A DNA stretch of 64,000 nt, taken from positions 72,478,001-72,542,000 of the forward strand of contig OX597833.1 of the NCBI GenBank assembly GCA_951406725.2, read 5' to 3'. This document shows, piece after piece, positions 40,492-52,500 of the stretch. Positions within the stretch are counted from its first letter, which is position 1, and the number at the start of each line of letters is the position of its first letter. A model generated the notes under the pieces. The model did no database searches. It saw only the letters and a program-made list of their open reading frames with translations, and was not told the origin of the DNA. This stretch comes from Octopus vulgaris. Its lineage: Eukaryota. Both the position numbers and the translations under genes were made by a program.

Positions 40492-41449
40492 CTGCAACAG
40501 AGCAAGAGATCGTCATTGAGCGGTTAACACTAGAATGCATAAATTACTCACAGGAAGACATTTAAAAAACAGCAAAACACTGGCAAATCTAAAAGCTTCA
40601 CTGAAAAAAGCTGCAACAATTTCCAAGTATTCCAACTGCGTCCAAAAAGAGTCTTTCACAGATTCTCCATGCTTTTGCATTTTTCAGTTTTCTTCTTCCT
40701 CTAAGAAATGTAGATTTTCCTGTTTCGAGGATTGTGAACCAGAAGAATCAGAGTTAAAAAAATAGAATTGTTATTTAGCCAGTGGCTAGTCGTGATTGAG
40801 CAGACCTATAATCCAAGGCATTCCAGCCATGACCCATCCTATCTAGGTCTACATTATCTACTGAGGTGTTTCTTTTTTTAAAGTGTGGACGGTTGTTTCA
40901 AGAAAGTGGTTGGAGCAGGTGTTTGCTCCCAAACCTGATTAAGCAGATCCATGATTAAAGGTATTCTTGATCTGACCATCCTGCTTAGCTACCAAGGACT
41001 ACATTATCTGATTTGACCCTTACTGTTATTTAGTAGAATGTGATCGCAGAGACTTGGCTGCTATTTCTAACAGATTGAGCAACCATGTAGAAACTTACTT
41101 GGTGGCTCATTAAAAGATATGGTGTCCAGCTGAAGTGAGGGTGGTGTTGAAGTAAGGGAGATGGTGTTGCTGATGTTGTGGGAAGTGATGGGAATATGGA
41201 GGTTGTCCATCAAAGTGTCAGGTGTTTGACATAATCTGAGATTTTGATGTGAGATGAGGGGGTTAGCCCTGATGAAACAGATCTACGACCAGAGGTACAC
41301 CAGCTGTCTGGGACCATTTCGTTTTTTACTCAAACATAGTATATCTAAGACTAAGCTCCTTCCCTAAACTCATTGAAAGATCTGTGTCCCCCAAAACAGA
41401 CATTCCCCCCACCTAACTTATTGAATTTACAAATACTTTTAGATTTTAT

Positions 41450-42030
41450 GTTTCAGACTTGTTCCCTTGGACATCACCAAACCCTTTGACTGGGTCTGGT
41501 ATGCAAACTTCCTACCAATGGGCTCCCCTCTCCCCTTTCGGAATGGTAGCTTCTTATCTGATCCCATCATTACAACATGTGTAGATGCAGCTCCTCCTGT
41601 CTCATTCTGTAAGGCCCCAGGGTTTAGTTTCTGCCCCATCCTCTTCTTTCTGTACACCAATGACCTATTTGTTTCCATATCCATCAATACTCACTCCTAC
41701 ACAGATGAGAGAAACCTCCATTCATTCCAAACTTTCCCCAACCATTTATCATCCACACAACAAACCTGCATTGGTTCCATAAAGGGAGACCTTAAGAGAA
41801 TCCTTCAGCAATGCCAGGCCATTCTTGGAAAAGTCAAGACCTACACCTATTGAGAAAACTCAACCACAGCCCACCCCACTAAACATAACAGACACTCAGC
41901 TAGGGCCTTCAGTTTTCCAAATGCTGGGCTTCGTTGTCATCAAGCATTTCTCTTGACAAAAGCACATCCTTAACAGTTAGAATCACATCCTAAAAATTGG
42001 AACTTCTCTTAAGGGCCAAAAACTATGTCA
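41450..42030 (+). mobile_element. Decayed CR1/Jockey-like LINE reverse transcriptase fragment
   Basis: LDITKPFDWVW (LD..KAFD.V), PQG, PILFFLYTNDL, HSYTDE (YADD-like). Confidence 0.75.
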
Positions 42031-42944
42031 GCCCTGTGTTTCAGAAATAATTTGAAACCCACATGAACATGGGTGTTTACGTGTTATAGGTGTGTTCTTT
42101 TGCATTCCATTCAGTTATATGGAACCTTGAGCAAATGTCTTCCTGCTATAGATTTCACTTCACCCAATACTATTGCATATGAAAGAATAAAAATGTACAT
42201 TTAAAAAATATTTTTTTCGTCACAGTTCATCATTATCAGTGCAGAACATTTCATTCAAGTTTTTCTGTATTCAATGAAAAATCAATTTTACTTCATTTTT
42301 CAATAATCATTTGATGATCAGCAACAACTCAGAATAACATCAATTTGTGAAGACTCAGTTTTCAATAATTTAGAAATCCTTCCAATCATAATTCTGAGCA
42401 TTGCTCCCATCCCCACCCTCGTTTATATTAATGCATGTCTATATACACACATACACGTGTGTGTGTGTGTGTAGGGCAGACAAAAACCAGTGCTGTGAAC
42501 AAAAAATACCTTGTGGTATTTAGTTCAGAGTGATCTTCCTTTACAGACACCCTGCCTTTCCTTTCTTATGGGATCAATAAAGTAAGTACATCAAAGAGCT
42601 GGGGTTGATATAATCCCCTAAAACCCCTGAAGGTAGTAGCGCCCCAGCATGGCCACAGTCCTATGATTGCAACCAGTGAAAAAAAAAAGAAAAAAAGAAG
42701 ACTACACTGAATCCCTTTTTGCTTTCACCAACATTTCTTAATAAATTGTCATAAATTGTGGTAGAAAAGGTTAAGAGTGTTGGATCAGTGTGGAGCAGAG
42801 AGCCAAGGGTTCAAATGTACCTTCATTGTGTTGTGGTCTGCTGTCCTGCTTGCTGCAGTTTACTCGACTGATGTGTTGAGGGGGGGGGGGGGTATAAAGT
42901 CATTTGCACCCTCCACCTACCCACATATGCAGTTATATTATAAA

Positions 42945-43294
42945 TCTCTCTCTATATAAAGCTGGTACCCTTCACCTAACACTATCTCCTCCGAGACCCT
43001 GCAGCGCAAGTTGACCAAAATTGAGAGTATGATAGAAGAAGGCTTGCTCCTCCATCCGTAGAAAAAAAAAATCAAATCGGACCATGTTAACACCAAAAAT
43101 TATTTACATCAAAAAGGTGCTTTTTTTCTATGAAAATCCCTATTTTTTTACGATTTTTTGACTGCCGTCTTGCCATTTTTCGGTGTATTTTAACAAAAAA
43201 AAAAAAAGCTACATAGTGCAAAATTTTTACTTTCCAAAAGTTCCAATTCTAAAGGATCGAAACAAACCCGAGCAACGCCGGGTGATACTGCTAG
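42945..43294 (+). mobile_element. Non-autonomous Helitron
   Basis: A|TC start, 3' hairpin CCCGAGCAACGCCGGG, CTAG|T end. Confidence 0.78.
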
Positions 43295-43666
43295 TATATA
43301 AGTAAAACCAGTGGAAGACGTTCATACTACGAAGGGAGATAACTGTGTGTGTTCCTCTTGTTCAATTACCAACAAGCCATGGAGGGGGGGGGAGCGGTTG
43401 AGTTCAGGATATTGGGAAGTCAACGATACATTTATCCCAGTTAGTCATGCTTCTCTCTCTCTCCAGTTGCTTACAGTGTTGAGGCTGTACCAACCACTGT
43501 TGGTATCGACTTACAACCAAACCAACGTCAGGTACCGGTACTTTTTGCCAGAGAAAATACAGTAACTATGAAGCCCTTCATTTTGCTAGCCTGACACTTT
43601 ATGGGCTTTTAACTCCCTATAATTCTGATAAGAAGAAGCAAGGGTTAATTAGCTAAAGACACTTAC

Positions 43667-43719
43667 CTGTAATTTTAGTGTCACCTTTACAGAAGTCATA
43701 CCAAGATGCTTGGTTGATC
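43667..43719 (-). CDS. USP2: USP-like exon (INQASWYDFCKGDTKIT)
   Basis: Acceptor ctttccag, donor G|gtaagt, 53 nt, phase 2/1 fits both neighbours. Confidence 0.82.
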
Positions 43720-44302
43720 CTGGAAAGAAAAAAGAATATCATCATCATCATCATCATCACCATCATTTAACATTCATGTTCTCTGCTGGTATGGGTTGGA
43801 TGGTTTGACAGGATCTGGTGTATTCAAGGGCTGCATTAAGCCCCAGTGCCTGTTTTGGCATGGTTCCCACAACTGGGTGCCCTTCCTGATGCCAACCATT
43901 CTACAGCATGGATTGAGTGCTTTTTTCCAGAGATTATTACTTGTCATGGAATATCAACTTTAAAATACATCTTACCCAGCATGCATTATCCGTTTACCTT
44001 ATATATTACCATAGCAACCTATCTCTATCGTTAACCCCATATGGATTTCTAACATAGGTACAAGGCCTCATTGTCTACACTGACCCCTCTACTTGAGATG
44101 TACATATTTTATCAACCGAAGAATTCAGCTTTACTTTCCATTCTTCTGGGGTTGCGAAAAGACATACTGGGGTCAATTTACTGTTCATCCCCTCCCCTAC
44201 TCCCTACCTCAAAAGACCTTTTGTCATGTATCAATAGCAAGGATGGTTTCTTTTCTAGATTAGAAATGTCTATGAAATAAAAGTAGAAGAGTATTCAGGT
44301 AC

Positions 44303-44389
44303 CCTTTGGGTCCGGATTTCTTCGTTGTGTCAAGTTCTTCATGTAAGCCATTGATCAGGTGATTGTAGAACTCATGGGCATCTTCTTGA
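44303..44389 (-). CDS. USP2: USP-like exon (QEDAHEFYNHLINGLHEELDTTKKSGPK), QDE box
   Basis: Acceptor cccaatag, donor GG|gtacct, 87 nt. QxDAxEF..L..GLHE motif. Confidence 0.9.
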
Positions 44390-44452
44390 CTATTGGGAAA
44401 AAAAAAAGAGATAGAAAATAAACAAACAGTAAATACAAAAATTTGTTAGCAG

Positions 44453-44490
<38 letters not shown>

Positions 44491-44492
44491 GT

Positions 44493-44911
44493 AGAATTGG
44501 TTCGACTGTGGCTCAGAAACCTGGACGTTATCAAAGAAGCTTGAGAGGCGGTTGGATGGAACCTACACTCGCCTCCTTATGAGAGCTCAAAATCTCTCGT
44601 GGAAGCGCCATCCAACCAAAATGCAAATATATGGGAAACTACCACCTGTGTCATCTCTTGTGAAAGGTAGGAGAGTCCAGTTTGCTGGACATTGTTGTAG
44701 AGCTGAAAAAGAAGTAATTTCTACTCTTCTCCTCTGGAAGCAATCTACTCGCAATACCAGAGGGCGCACACTCTCCTACCCTGATGTAATCTCCAGGGAT
44801 ACAGGCATCCAGCAACAGGACCTCCGTAATGCCATGATGGACCGTGAAGTCTGGCGTAGCATGGTAAATTCCATTGTCTCGACCACGGTCGAACAATGAT
44901 GATGATGATGA
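44493..44911 (+). mobile_element. Young 5'-truncated RTE-type LINE with uninterrupted ORF end, (TGA)n tail and 11-bp TSD
   Basis: GSETWTLSKKLERRLDGTYTRLL...FAGHCCR...DREVWR. TSD TGTGTGTAAGT at 44482-44492 and 44912-44922. Confidence 0.9.
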
Positions 44912-45235
44912 TGTGTGTAAGTGCATACAGACACATGCTCTGTCATCAATTCACAATAAAGTATACGTGTTTGTATTAGTGTGGCTTCAATCCTGTTTCT
45001 GGTGGCCACCCAGTCACAACCAGACATAAATAGATCCTTGATCCAGCAGAATCTCAAGAACACGACAGCTGGATTGAGAGAGAGCTGTAACACACACACA
45101 CATACACACAATTACTTAAAGGAAATAAGGGACTCACAATGTCACCCTTATACCAAGGTCGAGAGGACATAAAGTTAATTTCAAACGTTAAATAAAGAAT
45201 TTAGAAAACTGAAAATAAATCCGAGAGGAACTCAC

Positions 45236-45341
45236 CCAAAACCTTGGTAAATACTATTTAATTTTTTAATACTGTTTCTAAACACAGCTGGTGTGACTTC
45301 CATGCGGGATGTCCACAACTTTTTCATCACTTCAGAAAAGG
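45236..45341 (-). CDS. USP2: USP-like exon (AFSEVMKKLWTSRMEVTPAVFRNSIKKLNSIYQGFG)
   Basis: Acceptor tattttcag, donor GG|gtgagt, 106 nt, phase 1/2. F..L...LW...P..F pattern. Confidence 0.9.
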
Positions 45342-45625
45342 CTGAAAATATATAAAAGCATGGAGATCAGTTAATATACACAGAATTTAAGTTCCAGTTT
45401 CTGCTAGTTTCATGCTATGGAAACAATAAACTGACAAGCTTGTATAGCTTGCCTTCTGTTTCCAGGCAATCTTTCAAACTCCATAAATGCACAACACACA
45501 CACACACACTCACACACACACAGAGGAATTTTCCAACAGTATTGATGCTACCAGGAAATGCTCTGGTTACTTTAGCCCACACTGTAGTAGTATGATTTCT
45601 ATTTTTCCTTGAGTTATGTGTGAGC

Positions 45626-45669
<44 letters not shown>

Positions 45670-46257
45670 TACAAATAAGAAAATGGAGAAACAAATTCAT
45701 TTCGATTATCAACTTACGGATATTACAATTTCCCATTATTTATTAATTATGCAAATGGGAACATCAAAACAATATACATCAATATGTAATATAATAATAA
45801 AAAATAACTGCTGACCTGGGGATTAAACAACCCCTACACCAGACCTGTGATCAAAGGCTTTCCAGCTGTGACCATCCTACCATTTTCCAATGTACAGAGA
45901 ATTCAAGACCACAATTATGCAATACGTCCTTTTTCAAGATGGTAGCATATGATATGAGGGAGATTTGGTTGCTACTGCTAGCAAGTCAAGTAACCATGTA
46001 GAGGTTTCTCAGAGGCTGAATTTCAAGGTGAGTGAGCTAAGGGTGCAGACGGTGGGAGTGGTGGTGATGATGATGATGGTAACAATGATGCTAGTGCTGG
46101 GAAAGTGATTTTTGAGAGGAGGCTGTGACACGAATGAGGATGGTGGTGGTGGTAGTGGTGCCGGTGAATATGGTACTTGGTGGAGTTGCTGGGGGTGGGG
46201 GCAATGACTACAGTTAGAGAACAACATCTACATAAATACATCATAGATGGCATGTAC

Positions 46258-46387
46258 CTCTTAAAAAATTTCCTTCAAAGCGGGCGGCCCCTGGTTTGGC
46301 AATGTCCAGTTTGTAGTGGTCACTGATTATGTAGTTCAGCAGCAAAGGGGATTTGTTCAGACACTGGAGAATACTGTTCATGAAACA
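46258..46387 (-). CDS. USP2: USP-like exon (CFMNSILQCLNKSPLLLNYIISDHYKLDIAKPGAARFEGNFLR), catalytic Cys
   Basis: Acceptor ccgttttag, donor G|gtacat, 130 nt. CFMNSILQCL motif. Confidence 0.94.
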
Positions 46388-46952
46388 CTAAAACGGAAGA
46401 GAAAAGTTGACGGTTTAACAACGAATTACTTGAAAAGAAAGCTTTGTTCAATGTGACCCCCACCATCAAATTTTTTTCAGAATGTTTTTGATACTTTATT
46501 GCTTTGAGAGATGAAGAATGGTTGGGCCTAAACAAAAACCAAACCCAAATCAAAATGGTGGAGTCTGTCTTTACTTTATTGTTATTATTACAGCCTCTGA
46601 CATTTGAGGGAAATTCTATTACCCCCCCCCCCAAATACATGATTCCCTTGCATCACTTCCTCAATAAAAGGCTTGAAACCCATATATTAGGCATGTCCCC
46701 TTCTTTTATTAAACTACCCTCACCTCCTTCTAAATGCTGACCCTCATCAGTCTCCTCTCATTCTCATCTTTATCCTGGACTACCTTTTCGCATAGTTGTT
46801 TATATTTCTATTGCCGGTCGTTTCACATAGATTTTCTTTTCTTGACAAAACACCCAACACCTCCCGTCAGACCATCAATCTGTACCAAAAAAGTTCCTCA
46901 CCAAAATACAGGCAGGTGTAAATGGTTATCATCATCATCATTTTTTTTATTC

Positions 46953-47158
46953 GTCTGGCACCTGTGTCAGTGGCACATAAAAAGCACCCACTACACTCTC
47001 GGAGTGGTTGGCATTAGGAAGCTGTAGAAACACCACCAGACCAGACCAGACTGGGCCTGGTGCAGCCTTCGGGCTTCCCAGACCCCAGTTGAACCGTCCA
47101 ACCCATGCTAGCATGGAAAGCGGACATTAAACGATGATGATGATGATGATGATGATGA
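46953..47158 (+). mobile_element. RTE-family 3' UTR fragment with (GAT)n tail
   Basis: Reverse-complement match to 11168-11421. Confidence 0.7.
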
Positions 47159-48000
47159 TTATGCAAGGCCAGCAGATGTCCCTTCATGAAAGTCTCTCCC
47201 CTCCACACTTGTATTAGCCCTTGAGTTTTTCCAAAGGGAACATCTACGGCCAATCCACCTTCATACAAGTGCCACGTCTGTTTCTATCAAAACACAAACA
47301 GATGCAAAATATCATGGCTGACATTCCAAGAATTCCATGAACCCCCCCCCCCCCCCCGGACACCCCCGCCCCACTGAAATTACGCAAGGCAGAGTTGACC
47401 TTGGTAAGATTTGAACCCACAATGCAGAGTGCTGAAGCAAATACCACAATGCACTCCCTGAATCTTCTTCAACTTCCAATCTGCCTCCTATAAACTGGAT
47501 CATCCAGAATACGACCACAGCAGTTGTTGTTGTTGTTGTTGCAGACTTAATTTCTAACATTTCTGAATTTTAGAGGAAAAAAAAAAAGTTATGATTTGCA
47601 AAAAGAGTCCAATTCTTATTTTATCTTATTTTGGGATTAGTTGATTAAAAAAACCGTTGTGCGCACATCAACTTCACCACTACTACTACCACCACCACCA
47701 CCACCACCACTGCCACCACCACCTACAGCATATACATTGTCAATAGAACGTAACGTTTGTTACTTGTAGTGTGTGTATATAATGTGTATATAATGTGTAT
47801 ACAACCTTATTAGAGGATTGACTGTTACAGATTAACTTTATTAGCAGTAAGAACAATTTTCTACATCCAGAAGTGTTTATTTTCCCAATTTTTATTTAAG
47901 GTTTTAAAAATATCCTATCTTAGTGATTGAAGCAAAATTTGTAGGAAGAGAAAAAAAAAGAAAAAAGAAAAAGGAAAACCTGAAACAGAAACAACGAAAT

Positions 48001-48042
<42 letters not shown>

Positions 48043-48081
48043 TAGCTGTGAACAGATTACATACATATATGATGTTAATAT

Positions 48082-48392
48082 CACCGTGATCACCATGACT
48101 GACCAGGCAATCAGATGTTGCTACACATCGCTGGTCACAATGCGCTTCACATTGTTTTAGCCTTCAAATGACGCCACCCCGCTGGCTAAGCGAGCAGGCC
48201 AACAGAAGAAAGAGTGAGAGAAAGTTGCGGTGAAAGAGTACAGCAGGGATGGCCACCACCCCCTGCTCAAGCCTCGTGGAGCTTTAGGTATTTTCACTCA
48301 ATAAACACTCACAATGCCCGGCCTGAGAATCGAAACCATAATCCTACGACCGCGAGTCCGCTGCCCTAACCACTGGGCCATTGCGCCTCCAC
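48082..48392 (-). mobile_element. Full-length tRNA(Arg)-like SINE with 13-bp TSD
   Basis: A-box TGGCCCAGTGG and B-box GGTTTCGATTC. TSD ATGATGTTAATAT at 48069-48081 and 48393-48405. Confidence 0.88.
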
Positions 48393-49109
48393 ATGATGTT
48401 AATATATGCATTCCTATATATTGCCATCGATAGAATGAGTTCTTAGGGGTGAATATCTGCTGCAGGAAAATAGTTAAGTCTATAATAAATAAGGAAAAAT
48501 ATTCAAAAATTCAGTTTTAATGCAACAAGTGTCATTGCAGACATCCTTGAAGAGTGTTTGTTCTAGGGAAAGGCTCTGTTACAATTATTTGACCTGCTAA
48601 AAATAACAACCAATTTTCTCTCAAGTTACATCCTACTGCCTTAAATTGAAAAAGAACAGACAAAAAGACAAGATAATGCATGTGGACACACACACACACA
48701 CACACACATTACATAAATTTGGTTTGTTTAAAAGTTATTAAATGTTTTAAAGTCATCTGTATATCTGTATGTATAAAAATGGTTGTAGATGTAACTGAAG
48801 TTTTATATGTATAGAATTACATGTGTATAAAAAGTAGTGCATTTGTGTGGGTGTATAGTTGTGCATAAAAAAGAGTGCCAACTTATACACACACACAATT
48901 GTATATATGTGTGTGTATGATTATTTACAAACATGTGTATGAGCATATATACATAATTATACAAGCACACATACAGATCGATGTGAGGAAGGCAGATATA
49001 ATTGCAAGTCAAAGGGAACACAGAAAGGAACAAAAAGTAAGTAAATAAATAAAGGGAGAAAAAAAGGAGCAAATTGTAGAGAAAGAAAAGTTTGGCTGTT
49101 CTTACTAAC

Positions 49110-49166
49110 CGTGTTTCCGAGATTTTGAAGGCCAACCATTCCATCAAGATCATCTATCTTATTGAC
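49110..49166 (-). CDS. USP2: USP-like exon (VNKIDDLDGMVGLQNLGNT), Cys-box first half
   Basis: Acceptor tgtttcag, donor ACG|gttagt, 57 nt. GLxNLGNT motif. Confidence 0.93.
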
Positions 49167-49289
49167 CTGAAACAAAGCAGAGAATTGGAATACAATGATA
49201 AGGACAAAAAACAAAGAAAAAGAAAAAAATTGAGCTGAAAGAAATAACTGAAATGAGTGAAATATATGTGGACGATGTATGTGTGTGTG

Positions 49290-49356
<67 letters not shown>

Positions 49357-49367
49357 TTTAAAGAAGG

Positions 49368-49418
49368 AGCTTCTACAGGACTAGAACTGTTTCATTCAAA
49401 TGAAATCATCAGGAAGCT
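49368..49418 (-). ncRNA. Type I hammerhead ribozyme motif (mirror copy, sense to the USP pre-mRNA)
   Basis: The reverse strand reads AGCTTC-CTGATGA-tTTCAttTGAAt-GAAA-CAGttctagtcCTG-TA-GAAGCT. Confidence 0.7.
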
Positions 49419-49463
49419 TGCTGTCAAAATAAGTTCTGGATCTTAGAACTTATTTTGACAGCA

Positions 49464-49514
49464 AGCTTCCTGATGATTTCACTTGAATGAAACAGTTCTA
49501 GTTCTGTAGAAGCT
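49464..49514 (+). ncRNA. Type I hammerhead ribozyme motif
   Basis: AGCTTC-CTGATGA-tTTCActTGAAt-GAAA-CAGttctagttCTG-TA-GAAGCT: conserved core, stems I-III, GUA cleavage triplet. Confidence 0.7.
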
Positions 49515-52500
49515 CCTTCTATAAAATAAATTACTTTACTCTGCTATGTATTGAGTACCTTATTTACTGTGGTTAACCCCGACTCAACCCGGGACCTACA
49601 CATATATATATATATATATATAGATAGATACACACACTTGTGTGTGTGTTTTAGAAAAACTTGAGAATCCTTTTGACAATTTGAGTTAGTTTTACTTTAC
49701 CTGGCGGCATGAGTGAGGGGGTCACTTATGTTGTTTATTCTTAGGATGGAGTACGTGATGGCCTCTGTGGGTGTCTGGCATTCACCAACTGCCTATTATT
49801 GAACAGCCAGCCATGCCACTCACCACACACAAGCAATGTAACTCAGTCTTATATATCAAGTACCAGTATTTGTATATCTATTATGAACCCTTGAAATTTG
49901 AAAGACAAAGTCAACTTGACCAGGGTTTGAACTCAGAACCTAAAGAGCTGGAACTAAATACTCCTAAAGCACCTGTCCGACATTCTAATGCTTCTGCTTC
50001 TGAGACCCCCTACTTACTTTATCTCAGGCAGAAATAAGAGAATGAAAGAAAAAAAGAAATAAAAGACTCGTTTCCTGAACACGTCTGGTTTTATCAGTGG
50101 AGTTTATTGCAAGAAAAATAGCAGAAGTTTTAGGAAAGATTATTTACAACTGGTTTCGTTAGTGAGACAGCTTGCAATTGAAACAGGTGTGATTGGATCT
50201 TAGAGAGGTAATTAGAGAAATTAGTCTGCAGACATCAGATGCATTGCTTCTTATATTTCAGCAAACAAATTTCGAGGAATTATGGAAGTATAAAAAAGTA
50301 ACCCCACCTTCCGTATGGTTTTGGTCCTTAGGTTTTTGACAGGATTAACATACTGCTTGGTTGAACAACACCATCACATCTTTGGGTACCTTTAATGCAT
50401 TTGGATTAGAACCCCTTTCCAGTTGTGATCCCACCAAAGACACTTATCTGAAGATGTCTGAGCTAGGCATCAGCCACACTGAATGCTCCAGTTTGGGAGG
50501 GTCTAAATAGGTCATGGCTGTTAGCCTCATTCTTCTAACTCCTAAAAGATATACATCCACATTCCTTTCTCTCCAATTATCAAAAGGAGACAGACAAGCC
50601 AGATGCTTGTTTGCTTCTTTCATGGTTTGAGACAACATTTGGCCACCCCTCCTGACTCTTCTGTCACTGTGTCCTTTCCTATTCACCTTCTTTTGGAACA
50701 TGTTACATAGAGAGTATGCTCTGGGTCCTCACCCCAATCTACCCATACACAACACAGAGTAACCCTCAATCTCATCCTACTTGACCTATCCCTGTCCTCT
50801 TTATCTCTCTCTCTCTCTCCTCTAACCCCAGTGACACTCCTCTTTCAACCATTGCCCCCGCCTCTCTTATTCCTCTGCTCAGCTCTGATGGTGGTGTTCT
50901 TTAATTCTGCAAGCTACAAAGTGACCCCCAATAGCACTGATGTCATGGGAGAAGCACACATGATCCTCTGCAAAGGGACTGGCACTAGAAAAGGCATACA
51001 ACTGTAGAAGCTAATGCCAAACATCAGACAGTGGAACAAGATGTAGTCGCTTGACTCCTTGGATTCTACCTGCCTATCCAACCTATGCCAGCATACAAAG
51101 CGGACATAGAATTATTTTATACATCCATGCACACACGCACATAAATGCATCAAACATGCAGAGTTATAATCTTCCAATATTTATTCTAACTCTCTACATT
51201 CTGTGTTCAAATTCCATGAAAGTGAATTTTGTCTTTCATCCTTTCAGGGTTTCTCAAGGGCCAGTCCACGCCAATGGATTAACTCACAGACTCTACTGAG
51301 TAACAAATGTTTTTTTGTCTTTGGTCAATGTTATTTCCTATTTGCTACTCTTCCATTCAAACTTTGCTTTTCTGACCTGGACATCCATGTTTTGAAACTG
51401 ACCTATTTTCCATTGCATTTCAGATAGATCCACTGCTGATTTGCTTAAATAGAAATATCGTTATAGCAAATATTCTGCTGAATACCTTTGATTTGTTTGT
51501 CACTGGCTTGACCTTAATCACTTGAGCATGTCCCTTAGTGGCTGACAAAACGTGCATCTCTGATGATGAGCAGAACTAGTAGGAGAGCATCATAGCCATG
51601 TGTTGAGAGGGACCCTTTGGGGTTTAAATAAATATAACAAAAGCATAGTTTGAAGGAAGCCATTTTTCATAGTTTCTAAGGGTAAGCAAATCAGAAAGAA
51701 CAGTTGCTACCCAAGGACAAAACATTGTGTTGCACAGTTATTGGTTGAGCTGCCTTATTGTATCTGATTTGTGTCTCTGTGTCCTGAGCTTAAATTCTAG
51801 TCCCTTGCTGAGGTCCTATGAAATGTGTTATTCAGAAAACTGCTTCCGGATGATGAGGGCTGAGCAATGGTCTCACAACACGGTGCCTGAAGCATGTGTC
51901 ATTTATCGCAGCCCCAGGTTGATTCAAGCAATCGTACTAAAGTTGGGTTGATTGATATTTTACAGAAATCAGCCACATGGACCTGTTCTTATGCGATAAA
52001 CACAATCTTCCCTTTGTTTAACTGCATTGCTATCACCACCACCACCACCACTCTGGCACTTGGGTGACCTTTAGAAGAATCCATCCTAAGGTAAGCATGT
52101 GGACGAGGTCTTCAACCTGGAGTGGGTGAGTTGTGGTTTCTTTTAACCTGTTATCCATGTCGAAGGCCCTAGAAAAAGGTCATAGATCCTCCTTCACCTT
52201 CCAGTTAAACCATTAAAAGAACCAAGATAATGATATGAGAACTGTTGTATAACACCAGTTCTGGTCAAAAGTGTTGTCATTTAGCCAGAGTTCAGCTGTG
52301 GTCAAGCAGATGTCCAGAACAGAAGTAGTTGGTCAAATGACTTAGTTTAGTCTTTAGTACCATAACAAGAATTTATTATGTATGTACAATGCCAGAAATT
52401 TTGAGAAGTAACAGTTGATTGTGTTGACCTCTGTTCTTATTTTTAGGGGCATTCATCTGGGATTAATTGATCCAGTTTTAACCAGTAAATCCAGAGCATC

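Larger units (their letters stand above)
49351..49531. repeat. Near-perfect inverted repeat (87-bp arms, 7-nt spacer), probably a Penelope-like terminal repeat
   Basis: 49351-49437 is the reverse complement of 49445-49531 with 3 mismatches. Flanked by (TA)n/(TATC)n microsatellites. Confidence 0.9.

Noticed and set aside
48310-48392. tRNA gene
   Set aside because: It is the head of a TSD-flanked SINE. The same applies to the other tRNA-like heads.
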